64,000 nucleotides of DNA from Octopus sinensis (taxonomy: Eukaryota): NCBI RefSeq assembly GCF_006345805.1, contig NC_043020.1, positions 10,416,001 to 10,480,000 of the forward strand, in the 5' to 3' direction. Positions 26,346-38,412 of this stretch are shown piece after piece. The position numbers and the translations under genes were made by a program. Positions within the stretch are counted from its first letter, which is position 1. Every line of letters begins with the position of its first letter. The notes beneath the pieces are model-generated. The model ran no database searches and was not told the origin of the DNA. It saw nothing but the letters and a program-made list of their open reading frames with translations.

Positions 26346-26845
26346 TTGCAGTATCGCCCGGCGTTGCTCGGATTTGTAAGGAAAATAACTATATAAGCAT
26401 TTTTAGAGAATTATAGCCAAAAAATAGCAAAGAAAATGCATCAAAAATGGAAGAAAAATGATGGTAAATTTTTTTCTTAATCGTTGACTCATAGTAGACA
26501 TTTTTAGAGAGTTACTTCCCTTATATAATAGCGAGAAAATGCATCAAAATGGAAAAAAATGATGGTAATTTTTTTTTAAATCGTTGACTCATCGTAGACA
26601 TTTTTAGAGAGTTACTTCCCTTATATAATAGCGAAAAAATGCATCAAAATGGAAAAAAATGATGGTAAATTTTTTTTTAAATCGTAGGCTCATCGTAGAC
26701 GCGAGCTAATACCCAGAAGGGCTCGATATGAATCACGACTATAAGATACCCGCTTTTGGTTAAACTGCACCGCAAAATGTGGGAGTAGTTAGGAATCTAA
26801 ATTGTAGGGCACAGACACACAACTTCTCTTTTATATATAAAGATT
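26346..26845 (+). mobile_element. Non-autonomous Helitron/Helentron (HINE/DINE)-like element
   Basis: Starts gcagtatcgcccggcgttgctcgg and ends cttttatatataaagat. Inverted copy at 39700-40080; related element at 32658-33090. Family assignment is inferred from the termini. Confidence 0.5.
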
Positions 26846-27009
26846 TCTTTAAGTACAGTTGCTATTTGCCCGCTTTTTCTTTTTATCTCAGTGTCATTTT
26901 AACCTTTTTGTACCACCCTGTAATTTGGTTTCATTCAATAAAAAAAAACTTGCGTTTCACCGTGAATGGACTGTTCAATGCGCGTGCGTATCAGTACGTT
27001 TGTGTGTGT

Positions 27010-27053
<44 letters not shown>

Positions 27054-27163
27054 CAACTGTATATAGATATACAAGCATTCATATGTATAGGGATGTTTGT
27101 GTGCTTATGAGTGTTTCGGTACACACACACACACACACACACACAAACATACATACATAAATG

Positions 27164-27205
<42 letters not shown>

Positions 27206-27376
27206 GGCGCAGGAGTGGCTGTGTGGTAAGTAGCTTGCTTACCAACCACATGGTTCCGGGTTCAGTCCCACTGCGTGGCATCTTGGGCAAGTGTCTTCTG
27301 CTATAGTCCCGGGCCGACAAAAGCCTTATGAGTCGATTTGGTAGACGGAAACTGAAAGAAGCCTGTCGTATATATG

Positions 27377-27454
<78 letters not shown>

Positions 27455-27530
27455 AGAGTGTTTGTGTGTCTGTGTTTGTCCCCCTAGCATTACTTGACAA
27501 CAGATGCTGGTGTGTTTACGTCCCCGTAGA
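27206..27530 (+). mobile_element. SINE family 1, 3'-truncated
   Basis: Sequence match. Confidence 0.85.
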
Positions 27531-27539
27531 TTTTCCGTA

Positions 27540-27765
27540 GATACCTATTTCTTTACTGCTCACAAGGGGCTACACACAGAGGGGACAAACAAGGACAGAC
27601 AAAGGGATTAAGTCGATTATATCGACCCCAGTGCGTAACTGGTACTTATTTAATGATGAAAGGCAAAGTCGACCTCGGCGGAATTTGAACTCAGAACGTA
27701 ACGGCAGACGAAATACGGCTACGCATTTCGCCCGGCGTGCTAACGATTCTGCCAGCTCGCCGCCT
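27540..27765 (-). mobile_element. tRNA-derived SINE family 2 (head ggcggcgagctggcagaatcgttagc)
   Basis: Further copies at 38665-39085 (tandem), 44830-44975, 47760-48180 (tandem) and 58435-58660; fragments at 17350-17450 and 31920-32030. Confidence 0.8.
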
Positions 27766-28199
27766 TAGTTTAGTTATTTATTAAAGTGATCAATGTTTGA
27801 AATTTAGAGATGTGATGAACCAGGATCTTCATCACTGTGATGAACCAGAAGCTTCAAAAAAGGTCACTGTCAAAGTAGACGGTTCAAATTCAGTGTTTTG
27901 CAGAGCTATCAGCGACAGACCGATTGACGAAGTAGTGTATTATCATTCCGGTATAGAAGAGACATAATGTATCCGATACCAAGAAAATATCGTGGCTACT
28001 AGAGTAGATACAACAGCTACAGTTAGAACAGTGGTCACACATTATAAATTTAAATTGATATCGTTTATATCCTTACAACTAGATTTCATATCTACATTAG
28101 TAAAGGTAGAAGAGATTGAATGGAATTAATGTAGGTAATTAATATAATTAATTAATGAAATCTCGTTGTAAGGATATAAACGATATCAATTTTAATTTA

Positions 28200-28930
28200 T
28201 ACACCAAGACCAAACAGAGGGAGGGAGATAACCCTTATTTAACCCCCTATTTTCGTACTAAAGGTAAATCTATGTCTTTCAAAAATAGTTACACTAAAAA
28301 TAAGGTAACTAATAGTAAAACCCTTTGGTTAATTATTCCATACGGGAGGCAAATTAAATCTAATCTTCCTTTGCAGTTTCGAGAATCTATTATTAGGAAT
28401 TTTCCAAGAATTCTAGGCATTACTCTATTATCAACTCACACACGGTTAGATTGGTTTTTCCAACACAAAAAATCTCTTACAAATTATCTCTTCACATAAT
28501 ATTAACTTGTTAAATATTGATACATTTGCTAATACTAACATTAATTTAGCTAATATCATCCATCCCCCTAGAAATATTAATAACAAGGTTATTATATCTG
28601 AAATCAATTACAACAGAATCAAGTTTATGTCAAGTAACTCTCAAACTAGAAATTTTATATACCAGTGTAAAATTACTACTTGTAATGAAGTATTTTTTAT
28701 ATAGGAAGCACACCTTCTCAGTTATCTAAAATAATTTCTAATCATTACTCTACATTTAGGGATAGGAATAAACGTAACAGTACAGGGCTTAGTAAATTAA
28801 TTTGAGAACTAAAAGACCACAATAAACAATTTAATTTAGATTCGTTGATTCTCTCAATCTCGATACCTTATGACAAAGGCAAGGAATTCTGTCTTTTCTG
28901 TAATTCTGAACTATTTTTTATTCTTTTTTT
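28200..28930 (+). mobile_element. Degenerate Penelope-like element, thumb/GIY-YIG endonuclease region
   Basis: Remnants of FNPPY, LIIPY..IKSN and IYQCKITTCNEVFFIGST...HYSTF...NSTGLSKLI...PYDKG...C.FC..E; stops and frameshifts. Confidence 0.75.
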
Positions 28931-29295
28931 TTCTAAAAATCACCTTGTAAACACGGTTATAGAGCGTACATACCAATGTAAACATTGGCAGAAACACACC
29001 TTTACTTCATGTAAGTGATATCTATCATATATAATTTAAACATTAATTTTCTTCTTACGTTTCACATTCACTAGATATATCTTTTTCCAAATCTATATGG
29101 TTTTATTTAATATAGATATAGTTATGTACTTCTCATTTATTTAGGTTTTCTTTCCTTTATCCTTCCTCTTTCTATAGGCTACCTATATATCCTATAACGT
29201 TTTTTTTTTTAAACAATCTTAATAGCGTTCAGTTAATCACTATATATATCCATCATTTTCTGTTAAAATGTCTTATTGACGAGTTTCATTTCTTC

Positions 29296-29385
29296 ACTTC
29301 CCTGAAGAGAAGATTACATTGTTTTAAACCATTTTATTCTTTTTGGAATAATACCTGTGATATCTTCGAAACGTGTGTTGGAAGT
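29296..29385 (+). ncRNA. Type I hammerhead-ribozyme-like motif downstream of the Penelope ORF
   Basis: Stem I ACTTCC/GGAAGT; core CTGAAGA; stem II GAAGAT/ATCTTC; GAAA; minimal stem III AC-GTGT-GT; cleavage triplet GUU. Confidence 0.65.
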
Positions 29386-29597
29386 AAAAGAATTTGAATA
29401 ACACCTGCATTTAACTCCATTTATTTATTTATATATATTATACAAAATATTTCACGTAAATCCGAAGTTTCTACCTTTAAAAAGAAGGAGTTACAACCTT
29501 TTTACCTGTGTGATTTTTTGGCTACCCTGGTAACTATTTATCTATTTTTTCCGAGTTAATTTTTAACAAGGGAAAATACACTCATGTACACCCCCCC

Positions 29598-29632
<35 letters not shown>

Positions 29633-30574
29633 CTGGTCTTACCAATCGGTTTCATATGAAATTATATAATGGAGTGTTAGACAACAAACCAGTTATATAA
29701 TATACGTTCGCCAGAGATAGCCGACTTGGAAGGGGAAATGGCGACCATTTGCCCTTCCACGTCGGCTATCTCTGACTTTCTGCCCAGACTTGTACCCCGG
29801 AGGGAAACCTTTTAGGTGCACCCATGGTTATTTGTGACCGACCTTATTTATATATATATATGAATTAAAAATGGAGTTAACGCAGGTTTAAACAAATATT
29901 TTTACTTTCTACATATGTTTCAAAAATTCCACTGATACTATTCAAAAGAATAAATGGTATAAACAATGCAATCTTCTCTTCGGGAAAGTGAAAAAACGAA
30001 ACTCGTCAATACGACATTTTAGCAAAAAATGATGGATTTGTATAGCGATAGACTGAACGCTATTAATATTGTACAGTATTATATATCCATCACTGCGATT
30101 CTTACCAATCGGTTTTGTGCTAGGGGCACGACGGAGTGCTAGGTAACAATTCGATTATATAACCCTACTCTCATAAGAGGTAGCCGATGTGGAATGAAAT
30201 ATGGCGACTGCTCTCTATTGTTGGATGTGAAAGAAGACATCCAGTTTGCGGTTGCTGTGAAAAGGTGATGGAACCGCGTAGGGGATTTAGTTAAGAGTTA
30301 TGTCCTTTAGACTGAGACCTCGCCACTGGGTTGGTTATGCTGTAAGTCGGTATGAGCCATCATGAAGTATTTGTAGGAATTGTGTGCGTCTTTCCGGTTG
30401 GTGTTCTTGTGGATACGTGATATGTGTAGGGGTACTGAATGCATAACTTTTTCAGGGTGGGGTAGGCTTTCATTACTGTGTTCGCAGGTGTATTTTCATT
30501 CTGTATTGGTTGATGGTGCTTTACTTGTGCATGCAGTGCGTATAGGGATACAATGTGTGAGTGAGAGTTTATAT

Positions 30575-31660
30575 AAAGCTATTAGCTTATCCCATGAGAG
30601 AGTTGAGAATATTCTGCATAATGAACTTCGCATGACGAAGGTATATGTTCAGTGGGTGCCACGTCTTCCGATACCTGATCAAAAGCGCACCAGGCTGATC
30701 ATGATCATCATCATCATTTAGCATCTGCTTTCCATGCTAGCATGGGTTGGCCGGTTCAACTGGGATCTGGGAAGCCAGAAGGCTGCACCAGGCCCAGTCT
30801 GATCTGGCAATGTTTCTACGGCTGGATGCCCTTCCTAACGCCAACCACTCCGTGAGTGTAGTGGGTACTTTTTACGTTCCACTGGCACAGGTGCCAGACG
30901 GGGCTGGCAAACGGCCACGGTCGGATGGTGCTTTTTACGTGCCACCGGCACGGGGGCCAGGTGAGGCTGGCAACGGCCACGACATTGTTTGAGGCACATA
31001 CAGCTAATTCCCTTGAACGTCTCTAAAGCCAGGATAAGTGCTGGCAACATCACTTTGAGTCAGAGATAAAGATACAATCCATGCAGTGGAAAACCCCTCT
31101 TCGCCTGCTTCACAGAAGGCCAAATGCGCTTCATCTGCAGTGAAGGCGATAGCTTCAGTCTTTAGATTCACAAAGTATTGTGCTTATTGATTATCTTCAA
31201 AAGGGGCACACTATCAAAGGAGGGTACCATGCCAACATACTGAGGCAGTTACGAAAGGCTGTTAAGGCCAAACGCCCTGGAAAACTGATGAAAGCAATCT
31301 TGCTTCATCAGGACATTGGACAATGCTCTTGCACACAAGTCTTTGGTTTCAATGACTGCTGTTGATTACCCTCCCTATTCTCTTGATTTAGGCCCATCTG
31401 ACTATTATCTGTTCTCTAGCATGAAAAAACACTTAGTTAGGAACCAGTATTGTAGTGATGATGATGTCATATCTGCTGTTGAAGACTTTTTTGAGCAACA
31501 GGATGAAAAATTCTTCACCGATGGGATCCAAGCACTGCAGCACCAATGAAAGAAGTGTATGGACTGCAAGTGGTGGGGGAATGATGTTGAAAAATAAACC
31601 TTATTTGGTCACATTCCATAAGAGTTATCTTCATCAACCTACGAACTTTTCAGCTGAGAC
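30575..31660 (+). mobile_element. Mariner transposase pseudogene, interrupted by a repeat at 30700-30985
   Basis: WVPRL, IDYLQKGHTI.G.Y, LLHQDNA-like and YPPYSLDLGPSDYYLF (YSPDLAPSD motif); frameshifts. Confidence 0.85.
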
Positions 31661-32029
31661 ATGTAAAGAATGAGTGTGATTTTCTACAGGGTTCATTCCC
31701 CAAGTGTATTTAGAATAGTGATATTTTCATGTATAAGGGTTACCACAAATAAAACACTAGCTCTAACTTGATTTCCGGTCATGGCCTAGGGGCGACAAGT
31801 TTACCCTATGTAACTTGCTGCAGAACTCCCGCAAATGCAGAGGTAACACTGGTTCATGCAGGGCCAGGATGGCACGGATTGTCTGAAATGTCCACGTGAA
31901 CAGCCGTTATTGTTTGTAGGACGGCGAACTTAGAGGTATTTCGTCCGTCTTTACGTTCTGAGTTTTAATTCCGTCGAAGTCGACTTTGGCTTTCATCCTT
32001 TCGGAGTCGATAAAATAAGTACCAGTTTT

Positions 32030-32650
32030 AGTGCAGTCGGACAAATCAAAAAATCTGTACGCTGTGGAGAAAAATTTATATAACAGGCTTCTCTCCAATA
32101 GCATCACAGATACATATAAGAAAGCAGACAATATTTTATACAACACGGTGAATCTCAAAGTAAGAAGAATCACAATCAGCCTTAATATCTGTGATAGGGT
32201 AGCGTACCTCGCTCCACGTAAGTCCTTTATTACCCTTAAAGCCAATTTTATTAGATACCCCAAATATAGTCTCATTAACCCAGCTAAAATAGAAATGTGA
32301 TTAATTAGCGAGAATATTTTAGAGTCACTTCTCCATAGGCTTAGAAGTTATCGATTTCTCGTTATGGAATCACAGCATTCTGCTTTAGACTGTTTTAGAC
32401 ATTAACAATAAGTATAACTGTAAGTTTACCTAGTTCGATATTGTGAACTTTTACTCGTCTACAAGGCCTTTACTGCTTAAGGTTCTAGATTTTGCTAAGA
32501 AGTAGGTACCCATCAACAACTCTGACATCGACATCATCCTGCACGCCAGGAAATCCATACTATTTTTCAAAGACTCCACACCTAGATCAAGAGAAGAAAG
32601 GGGATGCCTTGTTCGACGTGCCAATGGGCGCATATGATGGAGCAGACTTA
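32030..32650 (+). mobile_element. Degenerate Penelope-like reverse transcriptase fragment
   Basis: SDKSKNLY...FITLK...LINPAK...FDIVNFY...IILHARKSILF...FDVPMGAYDGAD. Confidence 0.8.
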
Positions 32651-32657
32651 TATATGC

Positions 32658-33090
32658 TTACTAGCAGCATAGCCCGGCGTTGCCCGGGTATGTAAGAGCC
32701 GCTAGTAGGCAACGACTAATCCCAAGGCGCATGTGTAGTTTGCAATGTATTCTCTTCACTCGAATACTTCTGTGTATACGATGTTCCTAGTTTTCCCTTT
32801 GGGCGAAAACATGGAAACATCATTGCGCCTCCCAACGCGTGAACAGCCCACGTACAGCCCAGAAAATGTTTTGCATATAAAAAGCTTAGATTCTCGACCC
32901 CATGTCGAATTTATCGATTTTTTCAGAACTGGGGGAACTTTTCAAAATTTTCGCTGCGTTAGTTTTGAATTATGACATTGGGCTATGTGTGTGTCAAGTT
33001 TCATCAGAATCGGTTGAAAGCCGTGGTCAGGGTGAGGGTACAACCTGACAGACACACAGACAGACAAACTGCCGTTTATATAGAGAGAGA
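32658..33090 (+). mobile_element. HINE-like element truncating the Penelope RT fragment
   Basis: actagcagcatagcccggcgttgcccggg ... gacaaactgccgtttatatagagag. A related internal segment occurs at 6400-6575. Confidence 0.5.
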
Positions 33091-33129
33091 TTGGTGTATA
33101 CATTTTGCAACATTTGCATATAGAATTTC

Positions 33130-33490
33130 CTAATTTAGATAAAGGTTTGTCTGAGTTCATTCAATGTCGTCTGGAGTGCGTTGATAACATTACAGAACCT
33201 AATTTTTCTTATAAAATCGAAAAGGTCCTTTTCAAACGGTTCTAAATCTTTATTTGCGGGCGAGCTCTTTCTGGATTTGAAGCCATAATTATTGTCAGTG
33301 CTGTTTCAATGTTCTTTCCTATCAAAGAAATATGCTCACCATCTTATTCTGCCAATGAAATCTTCATTTATTTTTTTCATGTAAGATCTTTCAAATACTG
33401 TTTATTGATGGAGCCCGGATCTTCTTTGTCGAAAAATTTCAGTGAGTGTAATTCCATTTTCCACCTGTTTCTTCTTCCACTTGTGGAATG
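33130..33490 (-). mobile_element. Penelope-like N-terminal fragment, inverted
   Basis: Minus strand reads NNYGFKSRKSSPANKDLEPFEKDLFDFIRKIRF, typical of the region preceding PLE RT. Confidence 0.6.
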
Positions 33491-34106
33491 TTGTGCACAA
33501 GTAATCACAGAGGTGCAGAACAAGGATGAAAAATCGTACATGAATACCAATAGTAGGGTAAAATACTACTTTTATTAAAGCCAAGAAAATTGGGGGAAAT
33601 TGTTATTCAGATTTTCACATGACTATTCATCAGACAGTTATGATAATACAGACTAGTATAGAAATTTCATGAATTATGAATATATATAAGAATTTATAGA
33701 TACCAGTTCATTTAACCCTTTAGTGTTCAGGTTATTCAATCAAACATAATGCCTATTGATTCCCATTGATTTGAATTAATCATGCATTATTTCATATCTT
33801 CAAGATCTTGATGGTGTAATTACTTAATGTAGAATAACATTGTAGGGTAGGTGTGAGAGCCTGGATCTGGTCAGTTTGAACATAAAACAGACTAGCTATT
33901 TTGGCCGGATACGGCCAGTTTTAATACCAAAGGGTTAAAGCTAATTGTAATTTTGAAAATCAACAATGTATAGTATAGGATGTAAGCGGGGTTGCTGGCT
34001 CGATGATAAAGAGAGATAATACTGAGAACGAGAATATAATTATATATACATGTGTAAATACATATTCAAGTATGCATGTGTGTGTATGTGTGTGTGTATG
34101 CTTGTG

Positions 34107-34141
<35 letters not shown>

Positions 34142-34423
34142 GTGCGTGCGTGCGTGCGTGTGTGTGTGTGTTTGTGTGTGTGTGCGTGTGTGTGCGTGTG
34201 TGCGCGTGCGTGTGTGTTTGTGTGTGTGTGTGTGTGTCTGTGTGTGCGTGTGTGTGTGTGTGTGTGTGCGTGCGTGTGTGTGTATGTGTGTGTGTGTGTG
34301 TGTGTGCGTGCGTGTGTGTATAGCTACATATGCTTATATAAAAGTGTATATCTATAAGAAAAGAAGAAATCTAAAGAACCACTAATTCACAATTAAAGAT
34401 GATTTCAGGTCAAAGATAAATTT

Positions 34424-34812
34424 TTAGGGAACTTGGTCGATCGTGTATAAGCTGGTGATAGACAAATAGCTTGAGGGCGTATTGCGGCTGATGAATTTTG
34501 CCATGTTCATCCGCAAAAGGATTGCATCATTTCGTTTAAACTGGTATGCAAATGATGATTGTATCATGAAATTTTCTGATACATTTAAGGAACATGAACT
34601 TCTTTTAATATATTCATATTCCGCTCCTTTCTTTCTCTCTAACATCAAGGTAATGGTCCTCGAATGAGTATCTTCTGGAATGAACAATTGCACTGCACTG
34701 TTTATTTGGTAAACCCCATCTTGAGTTATTAAAATGGAAGTTTCATCACGCAATTTAATGTTACCTTCATCCTGGCTCTCATCTCTTTTCCAGCGTAAGT
34801 AAGTGTCTTTCT
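34424..34812 (-). CDS. TNF-like gene B, coding exon 4 (TNF-homology-like domain)
   Basis: Acceptor cctacttttacag|ag; KDTYLRW...QDGVYQINSAVQLFIP...TLMLERK...FKRNDAILLRMNMAKF...PSSYLSITSLY. Colinear with gene A exon 4 (roughly 40-45% aa identity by eye). The four exons total 954 nt = 317 aa + stop. Confidence 0.85.
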
Positions 34813-34829
34813 CTGTAAAAGTAGGTATG

Positions 34830-34879
<50 letters not shown>

Positions 34880-34881
<2 letters not shown>

Positions 34882-35100
34882 TCCTACGCAAAATACTTTC
34901 TATGTAATCTCAGGGTTTAAAACAAACATAATTTTCGGTTTTTTTTTTGGACATTCACTAGTACAACACCAAAAAAACAACAACAAATATATGGCACACT
35001 AGGCATAACAACAACATGAACTTCCAACCGGTTGTCTCTTGAGGTCTCTGGGTGAGACTTGGAGCCAACTTGTACAAATATAAAGCAAAAGTCAAACATA
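34880..35100 (+). mobile_element. Very short 3' fragment of an R4/Dong-like LINE within (TAA)n, in the last intron of gene B
   Basis: ATC CTA CGC AAA ATA CTT TCT ATG TAA (ILRKILSM*) plus 3'UTR, flanked by TAA arrays. Confidence 0.7.
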
Positions 35101-35289
35101 TAATAATAATAATAATATAATAATAATAATAAATGCTTTCTAATTGATATATCAATACCAGCAGATCACATGTCTCTAAAAGAAATGGAGAAACTTTCAA
35201 AATACAAAGACGGTGTACAGGTGTGGAGGTGGAAGTGGAGTGGCAGTGGAAGGTGGGAAATATGTGTGAATGTGTTTAAGGGTGGGTTT

Positions 35290-35830
35290 AGATGAAGAGG
35301 GGTGACGAATTAAGAGCATTAGGGGCAGAGGAATGAAGAAAGAAAATCAATTCCTACTCTCTCTAAAGGCAGACGTCCAGGTGGACTCTGTGCAAGGACA
35401 GTCTGAACACAGACAGACGTTGTATCGAATGACCAGTCAAGCAAAAGTGACACGAGACCGGGGTGTCATTGCTGAATCTGAGGTACCGGAGATTGTCAGC
35501 AAACCAGTCAGCTATGTGCTGTCTTGTTTGCCCAAAGTACGGGGAAAGATAGAGAGAGCAGGGGATACAATAGATGACATTACTAGAGGTGCAGGTGATG
35601 TGGTAGGAGCGGTGATGGGTTACAGGGGCCGGTAAAGATAGTGGAATTGGAGAGGTAGGGAAAAGTGCAACAGTGTGGGCAAGAGAAAAGGGAAGGTGCC
35701 AGATTGGGTGTCAGGAGTGGGTAAAAAAGTACAGGCCAGAAGGCTACGTAGGTTGTAGGTGCGTTTGAAGGAGGGTAGACGTGGGAGGAAAAGGGATCAG
35801 ATTGGAGCTGAAGTAGGGCTCGAATAATGA
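35290..35830 (-). mobile_element. Degenerate Penelope-like GIY-YIG endonuclease end (a different PLE family)
   Basis: Minus strand HITCTSSNVIYCIPCSL...GQT-like...LHSSAPNALNSSPLFI*. Confidence 0.7.
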
Positions 35831-36821
35831 ATATTGGACGGGTGATAGGTGACACATACACACACACACACACACACGCACACATTTTTCATGCTTGGAT
35901 GAGTCAGATTGATTTTGCTGAGGCAAATTTTCTACAGCCAGCTGCTCTTCATGTCACCTCACCAGTTTCCAAAGCAATATTTTCTCACGATTGGACATGT
36001 ATATCAATATCAATTGACTTCCTCTGAGATTTATTTTCTTTTAAGTGGTCAAGTGAATCTATAGCCATAGGGAATTAGGGTTTGGAAGAATATCTAACAA
36101 TATTAATTTATGACCAGCAACTAGAATTTCACTGTCAACTCCTAGTGTCATAACACTAGCTGCATTAGATCTTTTGATGTTGATAAGAAGATAGATTGTG
36201 ATAAGAGGATAAATTACCAATCTCGTGACCCCCATTATATCTCCATTTCCGTCATTCCAAAATTGCATTTGTTTCTCTTTAAGCCTATATATATATATAT
36301 AACTTATAAACTTTTTTTTCGAAAAATTTTATCCTATATTAGATGTAAATTTAATAGTGTTCACTTCCGGATTCTCTAACTCTATGAGAGTTTTCAGTTC
36401 GAATCACACGTGTCTCGAGGTTTGCTGGAGAATTTCTATTTTGGATATATTTGGGGTACTTAATTGTGCTCATGACTTAGTGTTTGCTTCTTCCATGGGT
36501 ATAAGTAAGTATTTCGTTTATTTCTTACCATATCTCTCACTGACGAAGAGAAGGTTCTTATGAATTAACTTTGAAATCGGGTCTGATATGATAATAACGG
36601 AATTTTTTAGAAATTTCTGTCGGCTTTCTTCGAGACACGTGCTTATAGTGATGAATTATATGGTTATTGATGACGTGTCTATTTTCGGCATATTTGGTAT
36701 CGGAATTTTTTTTCTTTTGCCCTCGTTTATAAGTTGTTTATAAATTTAACCTTTAAAGGTGTTTTTTAATATGCCAGCCATTGCTAGAATTTTTTTTTCG
36801 AAAAATTTTATCCTATATTAG

Positions 36822-36899
<78 letters not shown>

Positions 36900-36920
36900 T
36901 GTGTGTGTGTGTGTGTGTGT

Positions 36921-37205
36921 GGAGGCGCAATGGCCAAGTGGTTAGGGCAGCGGACTCGCGGTCGTAGATTCCCAGACCGGGCGTTGTCAGTGTTTATTGA
37001 GCAAAAAACACCTAAAAAAGCTCCACGAGGCTCCGGCAGGGTGTGGTGATCCCTGCTGTACCCTTTCACTACTCTTTCTCCCACTCTTTCTTCTGTTGGC
37101 CTGCTCGCTTAGCCAGCGGGGTGGCGTCATTCAAAGGCTAAAACAATGCGAACGCATTGTGACCAGCGATGTGTAACTACATCTGATGGACTGGTCGGTC
37201 ACGTG
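36921..37205 (+). mobile_element. tRNA-derived SINE family 3 (ggaggcgcaatggccaagtggttagggcagcggac)
   Basis: tRNA-like head; fragments of the same family at 20255-20340 and 20645-20790. Confidence 0.7.
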
Positions 37206-37217
37206 ATGTCACGTGAC

Positions 37218-37255
<38 letters not shown>

Positions 37256-37611
37256 TATGAATGTATGTATGTATGTATGTATGTGTATATTATTGTAGTT
37301 GAATGAGAACCAACTAGATTAAGAATAGTAATCATTCAGGTATGCTTTGCATATTTAAAACTTCTGAATACAATTAAATGAAGTTTAAAGACATATATAT
37401 TCTTACATCGAATCGTCTCTATTTAACCTTTGTTGATGAGATCATATTAATGTTAGAATACTGAATATATCTATTTCTCTTGTATGTTGATGTGGCATTT
37501 CTTCTTTTGTATTATGGTTATAGGTTTTGGCAGTTGCTGTTTGCTATGTAATAGTTAACCATAACCCAAGCAGTAAATCCATCCCGCCTGTAGTATTATC
37601 AGACATATGTT

Positions 37612-37643
<32 letters not shown>

Positions 37644-38035
37644 GGTGGTGGTGGTGGTAGTGGTGGTTTGTTGGTGGTGGTGGTAATTGTAGTAGTAGTA
37701 GTAGTAGTAATAGTAGTGGCAGCAGCAGTAGTAGTAGTAGTAGTAGTAGTAGCTGTAGTAGTAGTAGTAGTAGTAGTAGTAGTACATGTCTCTAATTACA
37801 ATGATAGTTGGCCTATGTCATTAAGTATTGTATACTAGTCATAATACTAAAGTCCATAATGATAATATATTTCACCTAAGTGTAATAGTTTCCCCGATTC
37901 GATAACAGCAGGAGTCAACCCAAGTACATGATAATTAGTCACTAAAACACGTCGATATTGAAAGTATTTTAATTAATACTGTAATAGTAAAAATTAACGT
38001 AAACCTGTAATTGTAGTAAGCAGATAAGGCCAAAA

Positions 38036-38300
38036 ATGTCGCTAGAAGCTGGGATCACCAAGCGTAGATTGGCATATTTCGGTCATATTATGCGGAGAAA
38101 ATCCCTGGAGAAGGACATCATGCTCGGAATGGTCAGTGGCAAGACAGGAAGAGGCCGACCAAGAACCCGCTGGCTTGACACCATCAGGAGTGATACCGGA
38201 ATGGACATGGCCAATCTGAAGGAAGTGGCCCAGGATAGAACTGACTGGAGGACACTGATCCAACGAGTGACCGAGAGTCGACTTCGACTGAGCAGATAGA
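38036..38300 (+). mobile_element. RTE-clade LINE 3' fragment in intron 3 of gene B
   Basis: RRLAYFGHIMRR.SLEKDIMLG...GRGRPRTRWLD...AQDR..WR. It interrupts intronic sequence that is contiguous in gene A. Confidence 0.85.
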
Positions 38301-38364
38301 GAGAGAATGGGATAATTCAAATTATGAGAAAAAGTGTGCAATAAATCTGCATGACTTAGCTTAC

Positions 38365-38412
38365 CTAACTCAGTGTAACCCCTAGTTTTCAGGTGGAAGA
38401 AGGCATGTTGAA
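38365..38412 (-). CDS. TNF-like gene B, coding exon 3 (48 nt, (F)QHAFFHLKTRGYTEL)
   Basis: Acceptor ctctcttacctttcag| and donor ag|gtaagc; 33/48 nt identical to gene A exon 3. Confidence 0.82.

Noticed and set aside
35029-35068. 40-nt phase 0-to-1 candidate exon (LAPSLTQRPQETT)
   Set aside because: Weak AAG acceptor and gttgga donor; it lies in the 3'UTR of a Dong-like fragment.
36059-36268. 69-aa hydrophobic minus-strand ORF as a middle exon of gene B
   Set aside because: No fitting splice sites and no counterpart in A or C; the true 43- and 48-nt exons complete the frame without it.
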